DNA from: Promethearchaeota archaeon
GTDB lineage: Archaea > Asgardarchaeota > Lokiarchaeia > Sigyniarchaeales > SOKP01
Assembly (NCBI GenBank): GCA_016840085.1
Contig: JAEOTA010000004.1
Location: 128,001-192,000, forward strand
DNA: 64,000 nt
Reading direction: 5' to 3'
The notes beneath the pieces are model-generated. The model searched no databases, was not told the origin of the DNA, and saw nothing but the letters and a program-made list of their open reading frames with translations. This document shows positions 1 through 10,290 of this stretch, piece by piece. How positions within the stretch are numbered: position 1 is the stretch's first letter; every line of letters starts with the position of its first letter. The position numbers were made by a program, and so were the translations under genes.

Positions 1-910
1 AATATCTTAAGAATTCGGTTATAAGTAGCCCTGAAAAATACACAGAAGAAGCCAATGGATGTAACCCTGTATTATTGCAGTGCTTACAACCCTTTCTTTT
101 ACAGAATGGGCAGCCCATATGAAAATGTTTAGGTTCAACCTGCTTTAACCATGTACCGCATTCCGCGCAAGATGAGATTCCTGTAATCTTCTCGATTCTT
201 TTACCAATCTTTATTTGAAGTATATTCGAGCCTAATGCTTGACTTTTTATAGTAATATCTCGTATATATTCAATTGACGTTGAACTATCCACTTGAGCTA
301 TTTTAATTAATAATTTATGGTGATCATGCGGATTGAGTTCAATACCATCCCATTTTTTACCATCTATGTATAAATTCTCTAAAAGAAATTGTTTTGATAA
401 AAGTTTGAGCAAGGTTTTATGGCTTCCAAACACATTATTTAGCAGTTGACAATAAACAACAACAGAATTTTTAATAGCCAAATTATGAAGATAATCAACT
501 ATTTCATCTTGGGTTAAGATAACTACATTAGCACCACAATTTGGACATTTTCTTATTCCAAATCGTGCATAAAGCAGTCTAAGTAAAGGATGTAACCCTG
601 ATGCTGTAGCTAAAGTAGAATTTGGATTTCTATTTAGCAAATTCTGTCCAACAGCAACCGCGGGACCTAATCCTGTTATTGAAGCTACTTTTGCAGGAGC
701 TAGCTTATAAGAAGATCTCTGACTTGACCATTTTCGACTATAACCGAATAATTCAACTAATCGACGATTTGATTCATGATATAATGTATCGAAAACAAGT
801 GACGATTTCCCTGAACCAGAAATTCCAGTGACAACAGTTAAACCATCTCTGAAGGTGACATCGATGTTTTTTAAGTTATTTTCTCTCGCTCCTTTAATCT
901 CTATTTCCAT
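1..910 (-). CDS. UvrA-like ABC ATPase (second paralogue), runs off the left edge of the window
   Basis: Manual translation from ATG 910: MEIEIKGARENNLKNIDVTFRDGLTVVTGISGSGKSSLVFDTLY...GLGPAVAVGQNLLNRNPNSTLATASGLHPLLRLLYARFG.RKCPNC; UvrA N-terminus, Walker A and Zn-finger. Absent from the ORF track because it is open-ended. Confidence 0.9.
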   Translation of the reverse strand, partial: MEIEIKGARENNLKNIDVTFRDGLTVVTGISGSGKSSLVFDTLYHESNRRLVELFGYSRKWSSQRSSYKLAPAKVASITGLGPAVAVGQNLLNRNPNSTLATASGLHPLLRLLYARFGIRKCPNCGANVVILTQDEIVDYLHNLAIKNSVVVYCQLLNNVFGSHKTLLKLLSKQFLLENLYIDGKKWDGIELNPHDHHKLLIKIAQVDSSTSIEYIRDITIKSQALGSNILQIKIGKRIEKITGISSCAECGTWLKQVEPKHFHMGCPFCKRKGCKHCNNTGLHPLASSVYFSGLLITEFLRY

Positions 911-967
911 TTATTGTCTTGATAATTTTTATGGATACTAACTTAAATATTTTTTAAAATACATAAA

Positions 968-3469
968 TTAATTTAAATAAAACCCCGTATTGGAATTTTG
1001 ATTGTTTTTGATTTCTTCAGGAGTTCCACTCGCAATTACTTCTCCTCCCTTTGGTCCTCCTTCAGGACCTAATTCTATAAGATAATCACAATAAAACAAG
1101 ATATCGGGGTCGTGTTCTATGATTATCACACTATTTCCATCTTGTACTAGTTGTTCAAGTAATTCCATCAGTTTTACAGCATCAAAAAATGATAAACCAA
1201 CTGTAGGTTCATCTAGAATATACAAGGAATTTCCCTTACGTGCCTTTCCTAATTCCTTTGCCAATTTTACACGCTGGGCTTCACCTCCACTCAAAGTTGG
1301 AGCAGGTTGTCCAAGCGTCATATATCCCATACCGATCTCATCAAGGATTTTTAATACTATTGATATATTTGGGTGGGATTTAAATAGTTCTAATGCTTCA
1401 CTTACTGTCATATCTAAAACCTCTGAAATTGTATGATCTTTATATTTAACCTCTAAGATTTCTGGTTTATACCTTAGACCTTTACATTCTTTACAAAGGA
1501 TAGTAAAACTACTGAGAAATGAAATTTGCAAATCTTGTTCACCAGTACCTTTACAATTAGGACACCTACCATTATCGGAATTATAAGAAAAATGTCCCGC
1601 CTTATAGTTTCTCTTTTTAGCTTCAGGTGTTTTGGCAAATAAATTTCTAATTTTATCCCAAATACCAATGAAAGAGCATGGCGTCGATGTTTTTACTCTA
1701 GATATTGGTTTTTGATTAACTACAATAACCTCATCCACATATTCCCATCCTTCTATAATCCCAGAATATTCTAAAAGGTCTTCGCCATTTTCTTCTTCTT
1801 CCTCATTGGTATTGTCCTTCTTTTTTTGTTCTTTTTTTGTTCCTCTTTTAAAGTGAGGTTTTAATAAAGGAACCAATGTATCTAATATGAGAGAACTTTT
1901 ACCGGAGCCTGATACACCTGCGATCCCTATCATTACTCCTAAGGGTATTTTTACAGTAATATCTTTTAAATTATTAGTATTAGCATTTCTTAAGATTAAG
2001 TAATTGGTTGTTTTATCGATGATTCGTCGTGTTTCAGTTTCTTTATTTGGTAATTTAATATTCCCCGCTAGAAATTGACCCGTATATGAATTTTTTACTT
2101 TTACAATCCCTTCAAGTGAACCTTGATACACTATTTCTCCACCGTTCACACCTGCGCCTGGACCAATATCAATCACCTCCTCAGCAATATTTATAAAATG
2201 CTTATCATGCTCAACAATAATGACAGTATTTCCTAAATCTTTCAATTTTTTTAATATATTAATTAATGATTCCTTTTCTTGTTCATGTAAACTCATACTG
2301 GGTTCATCTAATATATAAATAAGGGAATCAAGACCACTATCTAAATGTATCATGAGCGATAATCGCTGAAGTTCCCCACCACTCAATGTAGGTAAGGAAC
2401 GATGTAAATGTAGATAGGAAAGACCAACATTTATCATACTTTTTAAACTTTCTAATAGACTATCTAACATTGATTTACCTTGTGGACTTTTCACATGCTT
2501 TTCATCTATGTTTTCTAAAAATTCTTTCAATTCATCAATAGTCATCATTGCTAGTTCTCCTATGTGTTTATCTCCAATTTTTATCTCTCTTGCTTGATCA
2601 TTTATACGATACCCATCACATTCGTCACATTTTTGCTTTACCATGAAATTTTTATGGATCTTATTTTGTCTATAAGTACTTTTACTTTCGATTAAAGCCC
2701 TTTTAATATGTGGAATAATTCCCTCAAATACACGTTCCAACTCTCCACTAAAGGTTTTTGATTCCCATTGAAATTTAAGCTTTCTTCCACTTCCATATAA
2801 AAAAACTCGCTTAACATCCTCAGGTAAATCCTTATAGGATATGTTAATATCAAAATTATAAAATCTCGGTAATTGTTCGACAAATCGAATTTGATCTGCA
2901 AATACTCCTGATCCTGCTCTCGTAATTTGTATAAGATTTCTATTATAATCTTGCACTATCATTTCTTCTGTAATATTTAAAGTATAACCCCTCCCTTTAC
3001 AATTCAAACACATGCCAGAAGGTTCATTAAATGAAAAATGTTTAATTTGCTTTCTTTCTATAATCATTCCACATAAATCACACTCTAAATTATCATTAAC
3101 AGGTTCTTTACAAATCGGACAGATTAAGACTCCTTCAGTAGCATATAGCATTCTCAGTAGTCCATAAATCCCTGTTTTAGTTCCAACAGTAGAACGTGGA
3201 TTAAATACACGTGTGGTTCTCTGTTCCACTGCAACTGTTGGACTTAATCCTTCAATCATATCAAATGGTTTCTCATCCTCAAATTTTGGGGGAAACCCAA
3301 TTGATTGAAGATATCTGTTCATCCCTTCATCGAATATAATATCAAATGCCAAACTAGATTTACCCGAACCTGAGACCCCAGTAATAAGTATTATTTTTCC
3401 TTTAGGTATATTTACGTTGATATTCTTAAGATTATGGATCCTTGCGCCTATAACTTTAATTTCATCCAT
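968..3469 (-). CDS. uvrA: UvrA-family ABC ATPase, short class II-like (UvrA2/DrrC-type)
   Basis: Two ABC cassettes (GVSGSGKSS x2, LSGGE x2, LDEP x2) and CxxC Zn motifs. ~833 aa from ATG 3469 (MDEIKVIGARIHNLKN). The region after the first CPIC is very short, so there is no room for a UvrB-binding domain. Confidence 0.9.
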   Translation of the reverse strand: MDEIKVIGARIHNLKNINVNIPKGKIILITGVSGSGKSSLAFDIIFDEGMNRYLQSIGFPPKFEDEKPFDMIEGLSPTVAVEQRTTRVFNPRSTVGTKTGIYGLLRMLYATEGVLICPICKEPVNDNLECDLCGMIIERKQIKHFSFNEPSGMCLNCKGRGYTLNITEEMIVQDYNRNLIQITRAGSGVFADQIRFVEQLPRFYNFDINISYKDLPEDVKRVFLYGSGRKLKFQWESKTFSGELERVFEGIIPHIKRALIESKSTYRQNKIHKNFMVKQKCDECDGYRINDQAREIKIGDKHIGELAMMTIDELKEFLENIDEKHVKSPQGKSMLDSLLESLKSMINVGLSYLHLHRSLPTLSGGELQRLSLMIHLDSGLDSLIYILDEPSMSLHEQEKESLINILKKLKDLGNTVIIVEHDKHFINIAEEVIDIGPGAGVNGGEIVYQGSLEGIVKVKNSYTGQFLAGNIKLPNKETETRRIIDKTTNYLILRNANTNNLKDITVKIPLGVMIGIAGVSGSGKSSLILDTLVPLLKPHFKRGTKKEQKKKDNTNEEEEENGEDLLEYSGIIEGWEYVDEVIVVNQKPISRVKTSTPCSFIGIWDKIRNLFAKTPEAKKRNYKAGHFSYNSDNGRCPNCKGTGEQDLQISFLSSFTILCKECKGLRYKPEILEVKYKDHTISEVLDMTVSEALELFKSHPNISIVLKILDEIGMGYMTLGQPAPTLSGGEAQRVKLAKELGKARKGNSLYILDEPTVGLSFFDAVKLMELLEQLVQDGNSVIIIEHDPDILFYCDYLIELGPEGGPKGGEVIASGTPEEIKNNQNSNTGFYLN

Positions 3470-3489
3470 TTTTTCATACTTCTCTTCTA

Positions 3490-4161
3490 CTATTTGATTT
3501 TTTGCAATATGTAAGTTACACAATCAAATCCCGCAGGATCTTTCTTGACCATTTCTATTTCCATTACATGACGTTTAATTTCTTCAATATCATCGAGATT
3601 ATCATACTTTTTACGTAAAATATTAATCTTTTCCTCCAAGGGGGAATAATATTGCATCCACCAGCATTCTCTTTCCCAAGGTATTTGCTTGATGAGCTTG
3701 AAGCCAAATTTAGGGAAATGCTTGAGCTTCCTATTTGCCCAGTTATTCGCTTCACCTGTAACCATAAAACCATTCAATTTCAGGACCCTATTACATTCTG
3801 TTAAGGCTCTTGTGAGATCAAGTAAATGTATAACTCCTTCCTCCCAAATGATATCAAAACTCCCATCCTCAAATTTTGTATCATATACTGAACGATTATA
3901 CACTTTGACCCTGTCTGAAAGACCTTCTTGCTTAATCTTAAGATTTAGTTTATCCAAGGCTCCTTGATCAATATCAATTCCAGTTACCTCACCATTACTT
4001 AACTTCGCTAACTCTAAAGTAGGCATTCCCGTACCGCATCCAATATCGAGGATACGAGGTTTGTTTCTCTCTGGAATACTTTCAAATGCTTTTCTCGTAT
4101 ATTTGAGAAAAACTGAGCGAAATCCTTCAGCATCAAGTTCCCTTAATATTTCTTCAGACAT
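3490..4161 (-). CDS. class I SAM-dependent methyltransferase
   Basis: ILDIGCGTG motif I, VTGID, FDIIWEEG. Confidence 0.9.
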   Translation of the reverse strand: MSEEILRELDAEGFRSVFLKYTRKAFESIPERNKPRILDIGCGTGMPTLELAKLSNGEVTGIDIDQGALDKLNLKIKQEGLSDRVKVYNRSVYDTKFEDGSFDIIWEEGVIHLLDLTRALTECNRVLKLNGFMVTGEANNWANRKLKHFPKFGFKLIKQIPWERECWWMQYYSPLEEKINILRKKYDNLDDIEEIKRHVMEIEMVKKDPAGFDCVTYILQKIK

Positions 4162-4223
4162 TTTCTCTTCATTCTTCCTTTATAATATTATAAATTTTCC
4201 ACTTGTTCCACATATTTTTAATA

Positions 4224-4655
4224 TTAATATGTTTTATTTGGATTAATTCTCTTACTACAATTATAGCATTCCATATCGTGAACGCAAATTTCTCCCCCAC
4301 ATTCAGGGCAAGTATAGAGATCTACTTGCTCTTTTAACCATTTTTCGGTCCCTATCTCTTCAATTCTTTTTAAGTTATTAATCATATTAACATTATATTT
4401 TTCTTGATAATGAAAATTAATTTTTTTTAAATTTTGACAAGGAAATTTATTACATTCATAGCAAAACTCAATTTGCTTGTTTCTTAAAAGTGAACAATCT
4501 CTTCTGATAAAAGCACAGTTTTTATTTCTGATTCTACATCCTTTACATCCTATTTTATAACCTCTCTCTTCAAGCAAATCCTTTTTCCAGAGAAGATATT
4601 GTCTACAAGCTCCACAATATATTCCACATGGAGCTAATAAATTATTATCTACCAT
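4224..4655 (-). CDS. DUF3795-like Cys-rich (Fe-S/Zn) protein
   Basis: APCGIYCGAC...CKGC...FCYECNKFPC...CPECG pattern. Confidence 0.8.
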   Translation of the reverse strand: MVDNNLLAPCGIYCGACRQYLLWKKDLLEERGYKIGCKGCRIRNKNCAFIRRDCSLLRNKQIEFCYECNKFPCQNLKKINFHYQEKYNVNMINNLKRIEEIGTEKWLKEQVDLYTCPECGGEICVHDMECYNCSKRINPNKTY

Positions 4656-4666
4656 CTTAACCTCAT

Positions 4667-5800
4667 TTAAATCTTTATTTTTGATAATATTTTGAATAAA
4701 TCTTCTTCTTTTGAGAGAATGTTGAGGGCTATATTATGTAATTCACTCAAATCTACATGGTTTAAACAATCGTCTTTGTATTCATACGCGGCATATTTTA
4801 AAGTTTCTGCGATCAAAGACCAATTTTTAGCTGAATCATCAATAATGGGAATAGTATCTTCGACAATCTTGAATTCGTCAATTGTCCACGCTCTTGAGCC
4901 TTCTTTTAACTCTGGATGGGTCAATAATTCTTCAAGGTATTTTTTATATAAATTTCTAAATAATGCACCCCCAGTCCCCCAAGTTTCAATATAACCATGT
5001 ATCAATTCAAACATTAATCTTGCACGCGAGATTGTGTTCCCTTCTGGATCCATCGTTTCACCTTGTAATTTGATTTTCCATTCTGGAATTGAACGTGTTA
5101 ATAATTTTAACCCTTGAATACCGTTATTATTCATTGAGGGACGCAACATATTATTTACTACTTTTTGTATTGCAAGTTTAACCCCTGCAGCTAAAGGAGG
5201 ATGCTTTCCATCTGCTCTTTTTTGCATAGAAAATTGAGTGTTTTTCGGGTGCATAAATTTTGGTCCATATTCAGAACTTCGACCTCTCTTTAATTGCTCT
5301 ATCGTAACCTCTTTCAATCCTTCAAATTCAGAATCTCCTACAAAGACAATCCCTTTTTCCTCATCATATCCAGCCAATGTGATTGCATGTCCACCGAAGT
5401 GAAAATTTCCTTCTTGTTCGAAATAAGGTAAATATCCTAAGTCAATTTGAATAATTAATGGTATATCTTGATTAAGTAATTTTTTTGATTCTTCCCATGC
5501 TTTATTAGCACTAGAAAAAGACTGTTTTCTTAATATAATTCCTAGTAAACGGCATGCTAATGAGTTAGGTTCAATAGTACCTTGCTTACCTCCCAAGAAA
5601 AAAGGTACATCTGATTCTGGAATAAAAGATACGCTACTTGTAGTATCCAAAAAACCAAATCCCAATGTGGCATCTAAACCAAATACCATTTGTTCTGACA
5701 TTGGAAAGCTATAAAATTCAAAAAGATCTCTCATTGAGGAAGATTCACAATGATTTCCAACTCGGTGGACAAATCTATTTATCTTGTGTTTTTGAACCAA
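4667..5800 (-). CDS. BtrH N-terminal/DUF4872 family protein (papain-like fold putative hydrolase)
   Basis: HCESS at the N-terminus, DLGYLPY, HFGGHAITLAGYD, and GTGGALFRNLY-type motif. Confidence 0.8.
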   Translation of the reverse strand: MVQKHKINRFVHRVGNHCESSSMRDLFEFYSFPMSEQMVFGLDATLGFGFLDTTSSVSFIPESDVPFFLGGKQGTIEPNSLACRLLGIILRKQSFSSANKAWEESKKLLNQDIPLIIQIDLGYLPYFEQEGNFHFGGHAITLAGYDEEKGIVFVGDSEFEGLKEVTIEQLKRGRSSEYGPKFMHPKNTQFSMQKRADGKHPPLAAGVKLAIQKVVNNMLRPSMNNNGIQGLKLLTRSIPEWKIKLQGETMDPEGNTISRARLMFELIHGYIETWGTGGALFRNLYKKYLEELLTHPELKEGSRAWTIDEFKIVEDTIPIIDDSAKNWSLIAETLKYAAYEYKDDCLNHVDLSELHNIALNILSKEEDLFKILSKIKI

Positions 5801-6356
5801 TATTACCCTCTTCTTTTTTAATTTCTCCTAACACCCAATTCAAAAATTCAATGTCGATTCCTAATATTTTAATAGGATGTACAAAAAGACCTCTTACGTT
5901 TAACGGCATATGGGAATTTTTTTCTAACATATCTTCTAATTCCTTTTTATGCTTCTTTATTTTATTTAAAGAACTATTAATTGCTTCAATTTGCTGTTCA
6001 TTAGTTAATATAGGGAGCAAGGAAAACGCAACGTAAAAGTCTTCGTCTTTCTTTCCTATAAAATCTTTAAGAATATTGTAGACATTCTCCTTAAGAGTTT
6101 TAAATCCATTTTCCGAAATTGAATATACTTTACGAATTCTATTATCAACTTCTTCTCTATAGGACTCAACTAATCCATTTTTTTCTAAATTATTCAAATC
6201 ATTATATATTGATGATTTTCCAATACTAGTCCAATCTCTCATTCCTCTTTCATCAATTCTTTGATTAATACTGTAAGCATGACTGGGATATTCTGCTATC
6301 AGACCTAAAACAACAAATTCGCGATGATTTAATTCATAAATTTCTTCTGAAGCCAT
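5775..6356 (-). CDS. PadR family transcriptional regulator
   Basis: VLGLIAEYPSHAYSI...SIYNDLNNLEKNGLV...RKVYSISENG winged helix; overlaps the next gene. Confidence 0.9.
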   Translation of the reverse strand: MASEEIYELNHREFVVLGLIAEYPSHAYSINQRIDERGMRDWTSIGKSSIYNDLNNLEKNGLVESYREEVDNRIRKVYSISENGFKTLKENVYNILKDFIGKKDEDFYVAFSLLPILTNEQQIEAINSSLNKIKKHKKELEDMLEKNSHMPLNVRGLFVHPIKILGIDIEFLNWVLGEIKKEEGNIGSKTQDK

Positions 6357-6388
6357 CTTTATTTAAATTTATTTTTGAATAATTATCC

Positions 6389-6442
6389 AATATTCCATAT
6401 ATAGAATATTATCTAATAGGAATATTATTGAACGAGAATATT
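6389..6442. promoter_or_regulatory. candidate PadR operator array
   Basis: AATATT at 6389, 6405, 6421 and 6437 (exact 16-bp period); the first pair forms the palindrome AATATTC-N8-GAATATT directly upstream of padR. Confidence 0.5.
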
Positions 6443-6677
6443 TAAATGTTTTTGAATTGTAAAAATTAATAATTACAAACGTATAATTACTGATTTCTAG
6501 AAATTTATAATTATATCTTATTTGTTGAAAAGTATAGATAAATTTAAAATTCCTTATTCCAAAGTTAACGAAAATAGGCTTTTATTGATAAAAGCAAAAT
6601 GTTATTAACAAATTTGTATTAAATTCTTTAGAGATATTGAATAAATCGTTTTTTAAGCCAATTTAAGGAACTAAATT

Positions 6678-8102
6678 ATGGATACTGAAGCAGAAAAAAT
6701 CTTAGTTAGCATCGCTGAGAGAGCACAGTTAGCTGAAGGCATCGAAGGTATTCGTTCAATTTTATTAACAATGTATCGCTTCCCTTCCCTTAAAAATAAG
6801 ATCTTAGCTCAAAAAACTGGAATTGCAATTCCCACAATTGCCGCTGTTAGAAGTGAATTAGTCAAAGCTGACATTATTGAAAAGAGAAATTTTCTTGGAA
6901 TAAAAGGAAGAGAATGGGTAAGAACAAAATTAAAGTTGATTTTTGATTATGATCCCCTTCCAGGAAACTTCGATAGTGTCATAAAAGAAATACCAGAAGA
7001 ATTTTCTTATTTAAATAAAATTAAAGAATTTATTAATAACCGTCCAACTCCAGAATTTTCTCTTGACCAATCCCATGCAGATTTCCCTACAATTATAAAA
7101 AAAACGTTATATCTACTTAAAAAAGGAGATATTGAGGGAAGAAGGATTATTTTCTTAGGCGATGATGACGTTATTTCATTAGCAGTAGGTATGACTAAAT
7201 TAGCGAAAGAAATAACAGTACTAGACTTAGACAATAGAGTTTTAGATTTCATCTCCCAATCGGCTGAAGAACTCTCTTTAAATAATTTTAATGCTCTATC
7301 TCATGATCTAAGAGAACCAAGTCCTAGTACTATTATTAACAAATATGATCTGGTTGTAACGGATCCCCCTTATACTAATGAGGGATTAAGATTATTTTTA
7401 AAAAGAGCTAGAGAAGTTTTAAAATCGAATGTTAGTATTGATAGTAAAACCTATCCTATAATAGGCAAGAAATGCCTTCTCAGTTTTGGAAATAAACCAC
7501 CCGAAGAAATGCAGAAATTACAAATGTCAATATTAGATCATGATTTCATAATTAATGAAATGATCCCTGATTTCAATCATTACGAGGGTGCAAGTATAAT
7601 TGGCAAATTTAGTCATCTTTATTACCTACAATCAGTAATGAATCCAAACAGTAGGTACACACTTAACCTTACTTCATACCCTATCTACACTTCTGAAATA
7701 AAAAATAAAAGTGAATCACTATTTCGTCCTATTGGATATCACTTTGTAGGAGAAATGCGTTTTAATAATCAAAAATCACTTTTAGAGAATAAACGAATTC
7801 AAAAGATATTTTTGGATTCTCTTATTGATGCAGATTTAATAATACTTGATGTATACCATCATAATTACCATCCTTTTGGCTATAGTATTATTGCTATATT
7901 AGAAACTAGTCATGCTGCCCTTCATACGTGGCCAGAGCATGGCTATATTAGTATAGATATTTTTATATGTGATGAATATTCAAAAGGTTTGAAAGTTATT
8001 AATTATTTAAAAAATCAATTTAATCCTATTAAATCTGACTTTTTCTATATGGAACGTGGTAAAAAATCGAAGATTACATTTGAACCAATCGAAATGCAAT
8101 GA
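6678..8102 (+). CDS. bpsA: N4-bis(aminopropyl)spermidine synthase (BpsA)-like domain fused to C-terminal pyruvoyl S-adenosylmethionine decarboxylase domain
   Basis: BpsA motifs RP..LDQ, IIFLGDDD, VLDLD, TDPPYT.EGLRLFLKRA; C-terminal PFGYSIIAILETSHAALHTWPEHGYISIDIFIC matches the SpeD/SpeH family. Confidence 0.85.
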   Translation: MDTEAEKILVSIAERAQLAEGIEGIRSILLTMYRFPSLKNKILAQKTGIAIPTIAAVRSELVKADIIEKRNFLGIKGREWVRTKLKLIFDYDPLPGNFDSVIKEIPEEFSYLNKIKEFINNRPTPEFSLDQSHADFPTIIKKTLYLLKKGDIEGRRIIFLGDDDVISLAVGMTKLAKEITVLDLDNRVLDFISQSAEELSLNNFNALSHDLREPSPSTIINKYDLVVTDPPYTNEGLRLFLKRAREVLKSNVSIDSKTYPIIGKKCLLSFGNKPPEEMQKLQMSILDHDFIINEMIPDFNHYEGASIIGKFSHLYYLQSVMNPNSRYTLNLTSYPIYTSEIKNKSESLFRPIGYHFVGEMRFNNQKSLLENKRIQKIFLDSLIDADLIILDVYHHNYHPFGYSIIAILETSHAALHTWPEHGYISIDIFICDEYSKGLKVINYLKNQFNPIKSDFFYMERGKKSKITFEPIEMQ

Positions 8103-8271
8103 TATTTTTCTTGAATCTTGAATCTTATTCATTTTTACAAATAAATAAGCAACTTCTATAGATTCTAGTTTAAAAAAAATAAGTTTGGAAAATCATAGAT
8201 ATAACGATATTACCTTCTTTTTAATTAAACATTTCAATATTTATTACAGTATTTATAATCTATTTTTAACT

Positions 8272-8952
8272 ATGCCAAATCATATTGGAACATTACATGA
8301 AAGTTCTCTTCATGCTGCTTTAAAACAGTGGTATAAAGAACCATTTGATCAACTTGAAATGCCAATTGATAATTTTGTAATAGATATTGTTCGAAATAAC
8401 CTTTTAATTGAGATCCAAACAAAAAATTTTTCAATGATTAGAAGAAAACTTGAAAAATTAATACAAAATCATAAAGTTCGTTTAATATATCCTATTATCC
8501 AAGATAAGTGGATTATAAATATAGATTCACAGTGGAATATAATTCGAAGGAGATTGTCACCAAAGCATTGTACCTATATGAATATTTTTAAGGAATTGAT
8601 TAGAATTCCTAATTTGATTTCTAATCCGAACTTCACAATTGAGGTAATTTTAGTTCAAACAGAAGAAATTCGTAAAAATGATGGTAAAGGAAGTTGGAGA
8701 AGAAATGGTTGGAGTATTTATGATCAGAAATTAGTAAACATATTAGACAGAATGGAATTTTGTAATCCGAATGATTTTCTTATGCTTATACCTAAAAAAC
8801 TGTCTAATCCCTTCACTAATCTTGAATTAGCAAAATGTATCAAAAAACCAATAAGTTTAGCTCGAAAAATGAGCTATTGCTTAAGAAAGATGGAATTACT
8901 TAAAGTTGTCGGTAAGAAGGGAAAAACTTTACTTTTTGAATTTGAAGAATGA
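8272..8952 (+). CDS. conserved hypothetical protein, PD-(D/E)xK nuclease-like
   Basis: IGTLHESSLHAALKQWY...FVIDIV...LIEIQT; start placed at ATG 8272 rather than TTG 8185. Confidence 0.65.
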   Translation: MPNHIGTLHESSLHAALKQWYKEPFDQLEMPIDNFVIDIVRNNLLIEIQTKNFSMIRRKLEKLIQNHKVRLIYPIIQDKWIINIDSQWNIIRRRLSPKHCTYMNIFKELIRIPNLISNPNFTIEVILVQTEEIRKNDGKGSWRRNGWSIYDQKLVNILDRMEFCNPNDFLMLIPKKLSNPFTNLELAKCIKKPISLARKMSYCLRKMELLKVVGKKGKTLLFEFEE

Positions 8953-9097
8953 ATCAAAATCAATTAAATTTTTAGTAAATAACTCAGGAACTTCATATAT
9001 CACTTATAGCAACAATTTTTTAATATTTTTAGTTTAAAAGTAATTATTTAGAAATTGAGAGCGATAAGTATTTTAAGATAATTATCATAGTATAATT

Positions 9098-9646
9098 ATG
9101 CGAGTTTTAGGAATTATCGGTAGTCCACGTGTAGGTGGAAACACCGAAATTTTAGTAAATGAAGTGTTAACTGGAGCTGAAGAAGCTGGTGCATCAACTG
9201 AAAAAGTTTTTTTAAATAAATTGGATATTAAACCATGTCAAGCATGCAATAGTTGTTATAAAACAGGACATTGTGCTCAAAAAGATGATATGGAACCTTT
9301 ACTTGAAAAGATGGAACAAAGTGATTTATGGATCTTAGGAACACCAATATACTGGTGGGGTCCAACAGCACAATTTAAAGCTTTTTTAGATCGATGGTAC
9401 CACCCAAAACACCAGAATTTCAAGGGAAAACATGTTATTATTGTTATACCATTAGGAGGAGGACATGAAAGATATGCTCGCCATACAGTTGGTCTACTCG
9501 AGGATGTCTTAAATTACTTAAGTATAGAATTAGTTGAAACTGTACTTGCTCCTGGTTTTAATCGCCGTGGCGAGGTAAGGAATGACACTGATTTATTAAT
9601 TATTGCTCACAATGCTGGAAAAGACGCAATAGAAAATAGTATTTAA
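9098..9646 (+). CDS. flavodoxin family / iron-sulfur flavoprotein (NADPH-dependent FMN reductase family)
   Basis: GSPRVGGNT, CQACNSC.....C, GTPIYW, KAFLDR. Confidence 0.9.
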   Translation: MRVLGIIGSPRVGGNTEILVNEVLTGAEEAGASTEKVFLNKLDIKPCQACNSCYKTGHCAQKDDMEPLLEKMEQSDLWILGTPIYWWGPTAQFKAFLDRWYHPKHQNFKGKHVIIVIPLGGGHERYARHTVGLLEDVLNYLSIELVETVLAPGFNRRGEVRNDTDLLIIAHNAGKDAIENSI

Positions 9647-9852
9647 TGTTTTATTAAATCACCAATTGAAAGATAATTACATAAAAATTTTTTATTATGG
9701 GAATAAAGATAGCAAGTGAAAACGATAAACGAAAATTAATTGTGGTATGTTAATTTCATTATAAATTAAGTGAAATAAATTTATATAATAAGATTGAATT
9801 TTTCATCTTTAACATTTAAAATTTCTTATAAACTTATAAGGTTGAATTAAAA

Positions 9853-10290
9853 ATGAGTAAAACTGAAAAAAGAGATTCAAACGAATTATTAAATTTCTTA
9901 ATGATTATAATCGGGCTTCTTTTTATCCTTAAAGCGGTTATGGAATTTTTAGCTTGGGCCGGTATTTATACCCCATCATGGTTGGAAGATCCTGATTTAG
10001 CTGATGCGTTAAGTATTTTTGGCGGGAAGGCTGTAGTTTCAATCCTTTTAGGATTCTGGAGTCTAGTCTCTGGAATTGGTATGTTTAAAGAAGAGGAGTA
10101 TGCAATGGGCATGGGATTAGTGGTGCTAAGTATTATGGCGGCAGCAGGTATCATGGCAATTGTTGGCTGGATTACAACTCCAGGAACTTTTGATGCCGCA
10201 TATTGGCCAAACTATGTTGTAATCGTCGCAACTATCGTGGGTGTTCTAGGATTTTTCTGGTTACTCTTCACATATAGAAGATACGACTAA
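9853..10290 (+). CDS. 4-TM membrane protein
   Basis: Four hydrophobic segments, 145 aa. Confidence 0.75.
   Translation: MSKTEKRDSNELLNFLMIIIGLLFILKAVMEFLAWAGIYTPSWLEDPDLADALSIFGGKAVVSILLGFWSLVSGIGMFKEEEYAMGMGLVVLSIMAAAGIMAIVGWITTPGTFDAAYWPNYVVIVATIVGVLGFFWLLFTYRRYD

Noticed and set aside
622-831. 69-aa plus-strand ORF
   Set aside because: Antisense shadow of the UvrA-like gene 1-910.
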